Translations under genes and position numbers: made by a program
Notes under the pieces: generated by a model
Told to the model about the DNA's origin: nothing
Seen by the model: the letters and a program-made list of their open reading frames with translations, nothing else
Databases searched by the model: none
IMG/VR virus record: IMGVR_UViG_3300030397_000482
Span: 1 to 29,159 of that record
Direction: 5' to 3' (one strand)
Source of the DNA: a virus
Taxonomy: Duplodnaviria > Caudoviricetes
Length of the DNA: 29,159 nt
In this document: in pieces, positions 15,761 to 24,434 of the stretch
Layout: each line of letters begins with the position of its first letter
How positions within the stretch are numbered: position 1 is the first letter of the stretch

Positions 15761-16635
15761 CCATCATAAAATTCAAATGTAATGGTGGAGTCACTACCCC
15801 CACCAACAATGAAAATATGGATGATTGTTTCCCCCGGCTCCAGCGGCAGCCAGTCTTGCACCTCATGAGCCGCCGTGAAGTCGAAGCCGCTGTAGGCGTC
15901 TGCGTCGTCCTTCGTGATGCCAAATGAGCCGGTATCAATCACCAGCACCTCATCGGTATCAACGCTCCCTGCCCAAGTAAAATCGGCCGTGCCGCCAAAA
16001 ATGGTTGTGTTGATGCGAATGGAGGTAAAGGCCGTGCTGCCCCCCACTAGTCGCAAAATGACATTTTTTACAGTGTCATTCCCGTTGTTGTTGACGAAGA
16101 AGCTGTCCTGCGACCCCTCAATGGTGTAGGTGTCGCTTTCGTCTAGTGCCAGCCCCTCATCGAGCGATTCCCCATCGTCTAGCACCCAGCCGCCCCCATG
16201 CCGCGTCCCGTTCCACGTGGTGGAGATGAGCCGCCAGTTAAAATCAAGCTCCAGCCACGTAAATTGGCCGTGTTGACGATTGGAGCTAATGCTCATCAGC
16301 CGTGCATACGCCCACTCCCAACGGCCGTCTCCCGTCGCATCATCCTCCACAATCCAGCGATACAATTTGGCACGCTTCCCCCGCATCGCTCGCCACGCCA
16401 AATATTGTGACCGCGCATCTGCCTTCTGTTCGTTGGCATCATCCCCCTCCCCCAATATCGTCCCTCGATGCTGAATGCTCGTTGCCTCACGCGGGGCTTG
16501 CTCGTTGCCCAATAGGTCAAAGGTCACGCCCCCGCTGGTAATGACAACAGGGTCGAGGCTGCCCCCGCTGCTCTCGTTAAATTCAGGGTTGTAGGGTGGA
16601 ATTGTTAGATCGCCGAAGCGTCGCAATGAATACAT
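15751..16635 (-). CDS. Distal tail protein (Dit-like)
   Basis: LVIDTG...WLPLEPGET...ITFEFYDGW C-terminal pattern; directly after the tape measure. Confidence 0.8.
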   Translation of the reverse strand: MYSLRRFGDLTIPPYNPEFNESSGGSLDPVVITSGGVTFDLLGNEQAPREATSIQHRGTILGEGDDANEQKADARSQYLAWRAMRGKRAKLYRWIVEDDATGDGRWEWAYARLMSISSNRQHGQFTWLELDFNWRLISTTWNGTRHGGGWVLDDGESLDEGLALDESDTYTIEGSQDSFFVNNNGNDTVKNVILRLVGGSTAFTSIRINTTIFGGTADFTWAGSVDTDEVLVIDTGSFGITKDDADAYSGFDFTAAHEVQDWLPLEPGETIIHIFIVGGGSDSTITFEFYDGWA

Positions 16636-18867
16636 TTACGCTTTCCCCCTGGCACGCAAGGCTTGCAGCACCCCATCTCGCGCCGCCTTGCGCACTGTGG
16701 GGCCATCGGCCGTGCCGTGGAATGTTTGTTGGATAGTCACGTTGCCGCCGCCTGCACCGCCAGCCACGCCAGCCAAGCCCACGGGGCCGGGCAACAGATT
16801 GAGATTGCGTTTCAGGTCGGGTAGCTGCGTGCTGTTCAGCTCCTTCATTGCCTTGGCCACGCCCACCAAGCCGATTTCCCACGGTGAGGGGCTATTGGTC
16901 TGCATCCAATCAGGCAGCTCGATATTGCCGAGCTTCTCTTTTAGCGTTACTAGCCAGCCCACAACCCGCTCAATTGCCCCCTGCACGCCACCTATGCCTG
17001 TAGCCCAATCGTTGAATATCGGGATGATGTTGTCCTGTACAAAAGCCACGATTTCGTCGAGGGCGGGTTTCAGCACATTTTGCCAAATGCCGGCCACGGC
17101 CTCGATGGCCTTGCCAACGGTTACCTCCAAAATTTCGGCCAATAGCTGCCACACTGGCATCATATCGACCGTCAGAAATTCCCATATTGCGGTAATCGCT
17201 GGCAAAAGCGTGTTCGTCCAAAAGTCGGCGAGTGTTTGTAATGCCTGTGGCACCTTCTCCTGTAGCCATGACCACAAATCCTGCAAGGCTGGCTGTAGAA
17301 CAGCCCACACCGCTGCCCACTTCTCCTGAATGCCGCCCCAATTTTCAGCCCACGTCGCTCCTAGCAAGCCAACAGCGACAACGATAAGGCCAATGGGGCT
17401 AACCAGTAGCCCTAGCAGGCCAATGAGTGCAGAGATGCCAGCAACGATGGCACCACCAGCCAACACGGCACCAATGGCAATCAGCGCACCTTTGATGGCC
17501 TCAGCATGTTCTGTAACAAACTCTTGGATTTTGGCGATAAAGCGCGAAATAAAATCAATGACCAAATCAATTTGAGCCATTGTTTCAGGGGGGATGAATT
17601 CAGCTAGGGCGTTGCGAAACGCCTCTAATGGGGATTGGCCAGCATCCAAATTGGCCATAAAGCTGTCAAAAAAATGTTGGATGACTTCTGCACCGCGCTC
17701 AATGACTGGCACCAGCCCCGTCTCAAACCAAGCGAACGCTTTATCGACGAGGGGCATGGCCACATTGGCCAAATTGAGCAGCACGTCCCCAATAGGACGT
17801 AACGCCAGCATCGCCTTGCGTTTGTAGCCCTCGACCGCCTCACTCAGCGAACTGTATTGAACATCGAGCCGCTGGGTAGCGCCCTCCATGTTGGCGAAGG
17901 CATCGGTGGCGGTGGACAGACCATCGGTGAAGCTGACCCCCAAATCTTCGGCCATTGTGCCAAAAATGGCCACCTGTGCCTTTTGCCGCTCTATCGGGTC
18001 TTCAATGCCAGCCAGCCCCTCAACAATGTTGTCGAAGTAATCTGCCCACGCCTCGTCCCCACCGCTGACAAAGCCCGATATTTCCTCAAAGTCCAGCCCG
18101 ATTTGGTCGAATGCTTCGGAGACCCCTTCCCCGCCCTCAGCTAGGATGATGCCCATTTCCTTGACGGCATCGGCAATCTTATCGGTGCCCAGCACCCCGC
18201 CCTGCTGTCCTGATTCCAGAATGCCAAAGAAATCTTCAGCAGAGAATCCTGCATCGGAGAAGAGGCCCGCATACTCCCCAATCGAATCAACAAAATCGCC
18301 ATTGGCATCGAGACCTTCTTGCGCCCCCTTGGTCATGAAGTCAAAGGCCTGATCGGTTGTAAGACCAAATTGCTCCATGAGGGTCTTGGCGGTGTTGATG
18401 GTGGCCTGACTATCTCCAAATGCTTCGGGGAAGGCGTCGCCCATGCGGAAGACGTTTTCAGTGACCCGTTGCAGCTCATCATCGGCCAAATCGCCTAGCT
18501 GTTTTCGGGCATCGGCCACAACAGCACCTGCCTCCTCGATGCTGCCTGCAAAGTTGTTGCCCCACACGTTGCTGGCGACGTCGCCAAAGCGTTGGGCTTC
18601 GGCGGCGGTGATGCCAAGGTCGGCGGCAATGTTGGCCGTGGCGTCGCGCACGTCGCCAGAGACGCTGGTGGCAGCCATGCCAATGCCCAGCACCCCTGTG
18701 GCCACTGCCCCCACCCCAGTAACAATGGCACCGGTGGCCAGCGTTTTGATGGTGCCGCCCAGATTGGAGACAAAGCCTTCTGTTTTCTTGCGTGCGCCTG
18801 CAAAGGCTTGGCCTAGTGGCCCATCGTCAGCCCCGATTTTAATTAATGCGTCAGCGAGTGTGATCAT
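16636..18867 (-). CDS. Tail tape measure protein
   Basis: DSIGEY...TDKIADAVKE...AIFGTMAEDLG core, periodic W/F repeats, SPSPW motif; GAGG SD before ATG 18867. Confidence 0.92.
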   Translation of the reverse strand: MITLADALIKIGADDGPLGQAFAGARKKTEGFVSNLGGTIKTLATGAIVTGVGAVATGVLGIGMAATSVSGDVRDATANIAADLGITAAEAQRFGDVASNVWGNNFAGSIEEAGAVVADARKQLGDLADDELQRVTENVFRMGDAFPEAFGDSQATINTAKTLMEQFGLTTDQAFDFMTKGAQEGLDANGDFVDSIGEYAGLFSDAGFSAEDFFGILESGQQGGVLGTDKIADAVKEMGIILAEGGEGVSEAFDQIGLDFEEISGFVSGGDEAWADYFDNIVEGLAGIEDPIERQKAQVAIFGTMAEDLGVSFTDGLSTATDAFANMEGATQRLDVQYSSLSEAVEGYKRKAMLALRPIGDVLLNLANVAMPLVDKAFAWFETGLVPVIERGAEVIQHFFDSFMANLDAGQSPLEAFRNALAEFIPPETMAQIDLVIDFISRFIAKIQEFVTEHAEAIKGALIAIGAVLAGGAIVAGISALIGLLGLLVSPIGLIVVAVGLLGATWAENWGGIQEKWAAVWAVLQPALQDLWSWLQEKVPQALQTLADFWTNTLLPAITAIWEFLTVDMMPVWQLLAEILEVTVGKAIEAVAGIWQNVLKPALDEIVAFVQDNIIPIFNDWATGIGGVQGAIERVVGWLVTLKEKLGNIELPDWMQTNSPSPWEIGLVGVAKAMKELNSTQLPDLKRNLNLLPGPVGLAGVAGGAGGGNVTIQQTFHGTADGPTVRKAARDGVLQALRARGKA

Positions 18868-18961
18868 TTTGCGCCTCACGATTAGCAATCCATTTCGGAC
18901 TACTAATCTCGTCCATATAGACCGCAAAAACGCCCCTGAGGGCGAATTTGCGGGATAGGGG

Positions 18962-19330
18962 TTAAATCAGAAGGTCGGCGAGTTGCCGACGCAGGTTCTT
19001 GGTGCGCGTACTGGCTTGCTCACGAAAGCGATTGCATTCTTCGCAGCAAGGGACACAATTTTGGGCGGTTGTGCCGCCGCCGTCGCAAATGGGGATGAGA
19101 TGCTCCATTGTTTCAAAGCGTCCCTGACGACACAGCGCACAACGCCACTCATAATTGTTCAAAATGGTGAGCCATTGGCGAAAGGTGAGCGTGGCGGCAA
19201 GGTCGCGCTTTTCGGCGCGACGCAGGTTGCGTTTCAGGCGCATCGCCTCACGCACCAGCAGAGGTCGGCAAAAGGTCAACATCTCGATTAAACCAGCAGA
19301 TGAGATAGAATGGGGGTTAGGTTTGGACAT
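18962..19330 (-). CDS. HNH endonuclease
   Basis: CALC...TMEHLIP...GG.T..NCVPCCEECN; true start probably ATG 19330 after AGGAG. Confidence 0.88.
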   Translation of the reverse strand: MSKPNPHSISSAGLIEMLTFCRPLLVREAMRLKRNLRRAEKRDLAATLTFRQWLTILNNYEWRCALCRQGRFETMEHLIPICDGGGTTAQNCVPCCEECNRFREQASTRTKNLRRQLADLLI

Positions 19331-19576
19331 GGATAGGCGTCTCCTATCTGTGGCCTTACTTAGACCCTCGGCGGTGCTTCCAACACCAAAGAGGGTCGCT
19401 TTTTTAAAGCCACACAAAGCACAAAAGCCGCTACCCATCAACACCAAAAAGTTGTCACACAAATTAGCATGGATCACTCCACGATAGGTAGCGGCTTCTA
19501 AGCCACAAGTTATTAGATTGTGTTTAGTGTCTTGTAAGCGATCAAAAACACTAATTTGTGTGACAAACCCATTATA
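19331..19576 (-). ncRNA. Structured leader RNA 3 of the HNH gene (with TATAAT -10)
   Basis: 16-bp perfect pairing 19551-66/19452-67 is non-nested with 15-bp stem 19483-97/19425-39 plus U-rich tail; further hairpin 19363-97 and SD-sequestering hairpin GATAGG-agacg-CCTATC. Confidence 0.6.
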
Positions 19577-19611
19577 AATCATAAACCAGTCCATTGGTCA
19601 TCTGATGCGTC

Positions 19612-20049
19612 CTATTCGTCGTCCAATTTAGGCAGCGTGCCCGTCTCAATGCTGGTACGCACCGCCTTGACCTGCTTGGCCAGCCGCTCCTCACGCGCCT
19701 TGGCCTTCTTCAGCTCCTCACGAAGCTGCCTGTTTTCGCTCTCCAATTTCTCCATCTTTCGCATCAACTCCTCAATCTGTCGTTGTTGGTCTCGTATTTG
19801 TTGACGCATCTCATCACTTTCAGCTTGGTGCTGTTGCAGCCGCTGCCGCATTGGCTCCACCAAATCTTTGGCAACAGAGCTAACGCTGGTCAGCAGCTCG
19901 CCCTGTGCCTTCAGCACGGCCGCTTCCCCATCAATTTCGGCCCTGTCCTTATCGGACTCAGCCTTTTTTATGACTTGCAGATAGCCCAGCCAAGCAATGA
20001 CCATCGCTTGCACAGCACCAACCGCAACTAGCAGCCACTCATTATTCAT
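19612..20049 (-). CDS. N-terminal TM plus coiled-coil protein (lysis-cassette type)
   Basis: One TM helix followed by long heptad-rich helix. Confidence 0.75.
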   Translation of the reverse strand: MNNEWLLVAVGAVQAMVIAWLGYLQVIKKAESDKDRAEIDGEAAVLKAQGELLTSVSSVAKDLVEPMRQRLQQHQAESDEMRQQIRDQQRQIEELMRKMEKLESENRQLREELKKAKAREERLAKQVKAVRTSIETGTLPKLDDE

Positions 20050-20395
20050 CGAGATATACCGCCACGGCCAACCTTGCCTGCAAAACGGCCATAAAAAAGC
20101 CTAGGGTAATCAGGAACGGCAAACCAATCCTGTCCACCGTTCCCAGCCAAGCACCCAAATTCAGCCCAAACAAGATGGCCAAGGCCGTCAGTCGCCGCAC
20201 CGCCATCAAGGCAAATGAGGTGCAGGAAAAAATCACCATTCGCTTTAGATACTTCATCACCAATGGCAAGACGGCCACATAATCAATTTCATCAGCCCGC
20301 CGTTGAAAGCGGCGATAGGTATCAATCGTGAGGAAGAGGGTCGCAAGCTGTAAAAATATCTGCATACTGCCTAATACATCGCTGATAGTTTCCAT
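20042..20395 (-). CDS. Membrane protein, about 3 TM (possible holin/lysis accessory)
   Basis: Three hydrophobic segments; AAGGA SD. Confidence 0.7.
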   Translation of the reverse strand: METISDVLGSMQIFLQLATLFLTIDTYRRFQRRADEIDYVAVLPLVMKYLKRMVIFSCTSFALMAVRRLTALAILFGLNLGAWLGTVDRIGLPFLITLGFFMAVLQARLAVAVYLDE

Positions 20396-20398
20396 TAA

Positions 20399-21018
20399 TT
20401 AAAGTCCTTGGGTCAGCTTGCCCATCATTACATCGGCTGGGACGTCGGCTGGCTCCTTTTTGCTGTTCATTACATCGCCCAACAGCTTCCAGATGGCAAC
20501 GGCCTGTAGATCAGCCTCAAACCGCTTGCGCCGCATATAGGCCGCCACCATCATGCTCCGCTCCAGGGGGTTTAGCGTGAGCGCGTCTTTTTGCCACTCC
20601 GCTTGGCAGAGTTCTTGGATGTCCCATTCGTAGTGAGGCCAGTCGGCAATTTGTTCATCAGGGAACCAAAAGGGTAGACGATCTGAATCACCTCCCACAA
20701 GGCGTTCATTGCCTCAAGGTCGGTGGCGTTGTCCTCAATCCATTCCCGCTCTGCCTGTAGCGCGGGTGAATAGTCAAACAGGGCTTCGATGAGCAGGTCA
20801 ACCGAATTGAGCAACAGGCTACCCACTTGCTCCAGCAATCCCGCTGCCCCTGCCATGCTGTCAATCTGAATATTGTCGGCCTGTTGCAGCACGCCAATGA
20901 TGACCTGCAACGGCTCGCCAAACTTTTGCCGCCATTCGCGGCTGCGCTTGATGTTGGCGCGTTGAATCTCAAAATCGGTGCCGCCCAATGTGACCGTGAC
21001 TAAATCAGGATTGCTCAT
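20399..21018 (-). CDS. Tail assembly chaperone GT (product of -1 frameshift at 20668-20674)
   Basis: C CCT TTT heptamer joins ...VYPF to the -1 frame WFPDEQIADW... Confidence 0.75.
20572..21018 (-). CDS. Tail assembly chaperone G
   Basis: GGAGGTG SD; located between tail tube and tape measure; low-complexity basic tail after the slippery site. Confidence 0.8.
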   Translation of the reverse strand: MSNPDLVTVTLGGTDFEIQRANIKRSREWRQKFGEPLQVIIGVLQQADNIQIDSMAGAAGLLEQVGSLLLNSVDLLIEALFDYSPALQAEREWIEDNATDLEAMNALWEVIQIVYPFGSLMNKLPTGLTTNGTSKNSAKRSGKKTRSR

Positions 21019-21217
21019 CGTCACCTCCAGCATAGAGGCTGCGTTTGGCGGCGGCATCTTCCACAGCGATGGTGGTAATCAGTACGGCCACTAGCCCAGC
21101 AATGGATTGCCAGATCTCATCTGGCACATCGAGAAAGTGAAAAACAAGGGTCTGCACAACGCCAAAGACGGCGAGCCAGAATTTGCGACTGTGTAAAAGG
21201 GATTGTAATCCGTCCAT
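21005..21217 (-). CDS. Holin-like protein (2 TM)
   Basis: SRKFW motif followed by two TM segments. Confidence 0.7.
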   Translation of the reverse strand: MDGLQSLLHSRKFWLAVFGVVQTLVFHFLDVPDEIWQSIAGLVAVLITTIAVEDAAAKRSLYAGGDDEQS

Positions 21218-21228
21218 ATATTGCCTTC

Positions 21229-21840
21229 TTAGCTGGTGGCTGGGGCGGTCACACGTTGGAAGCGGACTAAACGGCCATTGTCGCTGGTGTCAGCCAACGC
21301 CTTCACCTGGACTGGCACGCCCACGTAATTGTCAGTCTTTTTGGAAAACTCCAGCTCGCCATTGAGCGAGAAGGTGGCCACCATGAAGAAGATACGCACG
21401 GGCTGGGCATTCTCGCTGCTATCGTAATAGGCACCTTCAAAGCCAACAATCTTTTCGTCGATAAATTCGCTGTCGCCAATGTAAACTTCCTCAAAGCCTT
21501 TTTGGGAGGCACCAGCGGCTGTCGTGGTTATCGTTTCTTGATTACCAGAGGCGAGGGCAATGTATTCGGCCGTTAGCTCAGCCAACACCGTTTCGGCCAC
21601 CGCGCTATGCCCCGTTTTGCGCCGCTTCACTGGCCCCAGATATTCTTCAACGTGGAAGTCCATATCTTCCTGCTCATATTTGATTTTGAGCGGCTCTTTG
21701 GTAAAGCCAACCCGCTCCCAGTTGCCGCCCCACGTGCCGCCGTGGTCAACGCTCGTTTCATCGGGCAACGCTTCGCCTGTGGGGGCCACCCACATCACTG
21801 CATTAGATTTCAGTACATTTGCAATTGCTGGTGCACTCAT
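21229..21840 (-). CDS. Major tail (tube) protein
   Basis: WERVGFT...AETVLAELT...LEFSK...VPVQVKAL pattern; position after neck genes. Confidence 0.85.
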   Translation of the reverse strand: MSAPAIANVLKSNAVMWVAPTGEALPDETSVDHGGTWGGNWERVGFTKEPLKIKYEQEDMDFHVEEYLGPVKRRKTGHSAVAETVLAELTAEYIALASGNQETITTTAAGASQKGFEEVYIGDSEFIDEKIVGFEGAYYDSSENAQPVRIFFMVATFSLNGELEFSKKTDNYVGVPVQVKALADTSDNGRLVRFQRVTAPATS

Positions 21841-21846
21841 GTGTCA

Positions 21847-22260
21847 TCACTCCGTTAATCGTAATTGGGCGCGAAAGAAGGCCAGCACAAAGGGGAATCT
21901 TGCCCCTGGCTCAACAAGGGTGTCGCCACCCGCCTCTTTCTGCGCTCCCATAATTTTGTAACCTTGTTCAACGTGTAGCGCGTCAACCAATGCCCGATAA
22001 ACAGCATTGCTGCTCAACACCTGCTGATTGAGATTGCCGCCGCTGCCATAGCATTTGAATTGATAGCTGGCACTGACCACCACATCATCCTCACCCAAGA
22101 AACGATCCCCACGTCGCTTAAACACGATGCAGGCACCGCTGGACGGCTTCCACGCCTCTGGCGGCGTTTCGCGCCCGGCGTAGATGCGACTGCCAACCAA
22201 TGTGGTCAGGGCAGCCACGCTCACCAAATGGTCACGGATGATTTTCTGGTCATCAATCAT
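21847..22260 (-). CDS. Tail terminator / completion protein
   Basis: LTTLVGSRIY motif and position. Confidence 0.75.
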   Translation of the reverse strand: MIDDQKIIRDHLVSVAALTTLVGSRIYAGRETPPEAWKPSSGACIVFKRRGDRFLGEDDVVVSASYQFKCYGSGGNLNQQVLSSNAVYRALVDALHVEQGYKIMGAQKEAGGDTLVEPGARFPFVLAFFRAQLRLTE

Positions 22261-22664
22261 TCGCCAATCACCTTTTTGCCAGCACTGACAATCTCAGCGC
22301 CCTTCGATGATGCCACCTTCTCCAATGCTGGATAAAGGAAAGCTCGGTGCATCTCTTCATAGATGGCGTATTCAGCCCCGACAACCACAACCGCGCCGTC
22401 TTCAGGCGCGTTAGCCTGTGGAGCCAGCCGCCGCTCTACCTGACGCTTTTCCTTTTTGCTTTGAAAACTGCCAGATGCGTCTGTCTTGCCATAGGTGTTG
22501 GATATTGGCGTAACCACATAGATGGAGTTGCGCATAAATCCAGTATCGACAGCTGCGTTAATCTTCGCTTCTGTTTCAATGAGATGAGCGGCTGCATCCA
22601 GCATTTCGGCCGTGGCCTCTTTGAGCTGCAAAAGTACCTCATCCCCATACCATTTAACTGCCAT
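22257..22664 (-). CDS. HK97 gp10-like neck protein
   Basis: AKINAAVDTGFMRNSI...EYAIYEE...FLYPA. Confidence 0.85.
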   Translation of the reverse strand: MAVKWYGDEVLLQLKEATAEMLDAAAHLIETEAKINAAVDTGFMRNSIYVVTPISNTYGKTDASGSFQSKKEKRQVERRLAPQANAPEDGAVVVVGAEYAIYEEMHRAFLYPALEKVASSKGAEIVSAGKKVIGE

Positions 22665-23040
22665 CGACCACCGCCTTTAGCTCTAAAACGAGTCCTGAGG
22701 GGCCGCGCTTGGGCTGCCCCACAATGATGTATTTTTCGGCCGTGATGGCCACGCCAAACCGTTTGGTGATGGTGATGCGGTCACGGGGGTCGATGCTGGT
22801 GGCGATGGGCAAGCGCAGCTTGGCATCAACGGTCGGCACGTTGCTAGCGTCTAGCACCTCAGCCACGTCGAGCATGTGCAGACCACAGGCAATCTCTGAG
22901 CCACTCACCCACGTGGGGTTGGGGTTGCCGTAGTCGTCGGCTCCGCCATCGGTGTAGGCGTCGATGGTGCAAGCGTCCATCATGTGGACTTCCTGCGTGG
23001 CCTGCATGGCGGCTAGGTCGGCGCTACTGAAGCTGCTCAC
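22654..23040 (-). CDS. Head-closure (stopper) protein
   Basis: DDYGNP...LRLP...IDPRDRITI pattern; GTG start at 23040. Confidence 0.75.
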   Translation of the reverse strand: MSSFSSADLAAMQATQEVHMMDACTIDAYTDGGADDYGNPNPTWVSGSEIACGLHMLDVAEVLDASNVPTVDAKLRLPIATSIDPRDRITITKRFGVAITAEKYIIVGQPKRGPSGLVLELKAVVDGS

Positions 23041-23320
23041 GAATAGCCAGGGTGGCGTCGCCAATGCCGTCGATGGCCGTCAGCTCATCGTCGTCAGCTT
23101 CACGTAACTCATCGAGCGTTTCGTAGCCAGCCTCTGTAAGCAGTTCAGCCAGCTTGGGCGAAAAGACGGCAAATTCGCCGTCGTCTTTTTCGGGTTCAGG
23201 CTGCTTTTCTTCCACAACCTGCGTAAAGCCAGCGCGGCGCAGTAATTTCTGCGTGCCGGTTGACTCTGCGGGAACTTCACGGCGAATATCGCCTTTTACG
23301 AAAATCAAGGTAGTCATCAA
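23024..23320 (-). CDS. Small helix-hairpin-helix domain protein
   Basis: LTEAGYETLDELREADDDELTAIDGIG HhH motif. Confidence 0.75.
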   Translation of the reverse strand: MMTTLIFVKGDIRREVPAESTGTQKLLRRAGFTQVVEEKQPEPEKDDGEFAVFSPKLAELLTEAGYETLDELREADDDELTAIDGIGDATLAIREQLQ

Positions 23321-23751
23321 TCTTCCTCGGCCAGATTGCCGACAACGCTATTGACAGCGGTCGGCTTTGGCCAGACATAGGCGCGAATGGTGCGGGCGGC
23401 ACGCCGGGCATTGTGGTGCCGCGCCATCCCCAGCGCCTGCTCATATTTTTGGTTGCGATGATACTGGCCGCCATCGGCGCTAAAGCCATATTCATGGGCC
23501 ACGGTAGCCGCCTTTTCTTCCCACACCTGCACGGCGGCGGCGTGGAGATCGTAGGTGGCCAGCCAATCTGTGTTGGTCGTTTGCGTGGGCGGCGACGTGG
23601 CGGTGTTCCACGTGTAGGGCTGTTCACCCCGTTCGTCGATGAGGGGGTAGTCGTCGATGATGGCTGTTAGCGCATCATCATTATAGGTGTCGTCAGTTGG
23701 TTCTTGCACCATTCGGCGCAGCCGCGCAATCATCGCCGCCGTCACAGTCAT
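23317..23751 (-). CDS. Head-tail adaptor / connector protein
   Basis: IARLRRMV...YDLHAAA..WEEKAA...FSADG pattern; position. Confidence 0.75.
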   Translation of the reverse strand: MTVTAAMIARLRRMVQEPTDDTYNDDALTAIIDDYPLIDERGEQPYTWNTATSPPTQTTNTDWLATYDLHAAAVQVWEEKAATVAHEYGFSADGGQYHRNQKYEQALGMARHHNARRAARTIRAYVWPKPTAVNSVVGNLAEED

Positions 23752-23754
23752 TTT

Positions 23755-24132
23755 TTACACCCGCTTGTATTCGATATAGGCGTTGCCCACCAGCCCGGCC
23801 AGCGTGGCCGATGCGGTGATGGTCAGATATTGGCTATCTTCCCACTTGATGGCCGCCTTGCCATTGGTGCCGCCATTCTCGATGTTGTCCAGCACGGCCG
23901 CTGCTGACCCCACATCGCCGCCGTCAATCAGATTGTCGGCCGATGTGGTGCCGTTGGCGGCAATGCCAGCATCGACGGTGGCCGCTCCTGTGGCTTCGGT
24001 GGTGATGTCGAGAATTAGGCGAGTGACGATGAGATCGACGCCTTCGGGGTTGGCTAGGGAGAGTGCGCCGCCTGCTGTGGTACCCTCTACAGCGGTGAGT
24101 GCCACCTTGTATGCTCCTACTTGTTCGGTCAT
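23755..24132 (-). CDS. Virion structural protein (possible capsid decoration)
   Basis: Beta-rich A/T/G composition, ends AYIEY; GAGG SD; located after the capsid gene. Confidence 0.7.
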   Translation of the reverse strand: MTEQVGAYKVALTAVEGTTAGGALSLANPEGVDLIVTRLILDITTEATGAATVDAGIAANGTTSADNLIDGGDVGSAAAVLDNIENGGTNGKAAIKWEDSQYLTITASATLAGLVGNAYIEYKRV

Positions 24133-24142
24133 TTCATTTACC

Positions 24143-24433
24143 TCACTCAGTCATGCCAAATGCTTCTAGCACGGCAATAACCTTGTTCAATTTTGCGCCC
24201 AAAGCGTTGAGAGCGTCACGAATCTCATCATTGTTGAAAATGATGTCAATCGTATGGTTGGTTTCGGCACTGGTAATATCTGGCTGTGCTTCGCCAGTTG
24301 CAACGGTGGCACCCAGTTCATCGAGCCGGTTAATTTGAGTGGCTGTTACCTGAATAGGGATTCCATTAATACGCAGGGCAGCATTTTCAACCATATCGAC
24401 ATCTCGACGCTTGCGCTCTGGATAGTAGCTCAT
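24143..24433 (-). CDS. Possible head fibre / decoration protein
   Basis: TATQINRLD and KLNKVIAVLEAFG trimer-like motifs; ATG 1 nt after the capsid TAA. Confidence 0.65.
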   Translation of the reverse strand: MSYYPERKRRDVDMVENAALRINGIPIQVTATQINRLDELGATVATGEAQPDITSAETNHTIDIIFNNDEIRDALNALGAKLNKVIAVLEAFGMTE

Positions 24434-24434
24434 G

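Noticed and set aside
19331-19594. N-terminal 88 aa of the 210-aa HNH ORF
   Set aside because: The region holds a promoter and RNA structure; a good SD plus ATG exists at 19330.
19612-20395. Spanin pair
   Set aside because: No lipobox-containing partner seen, so only a generic lysis-type membrane role can be suggested.
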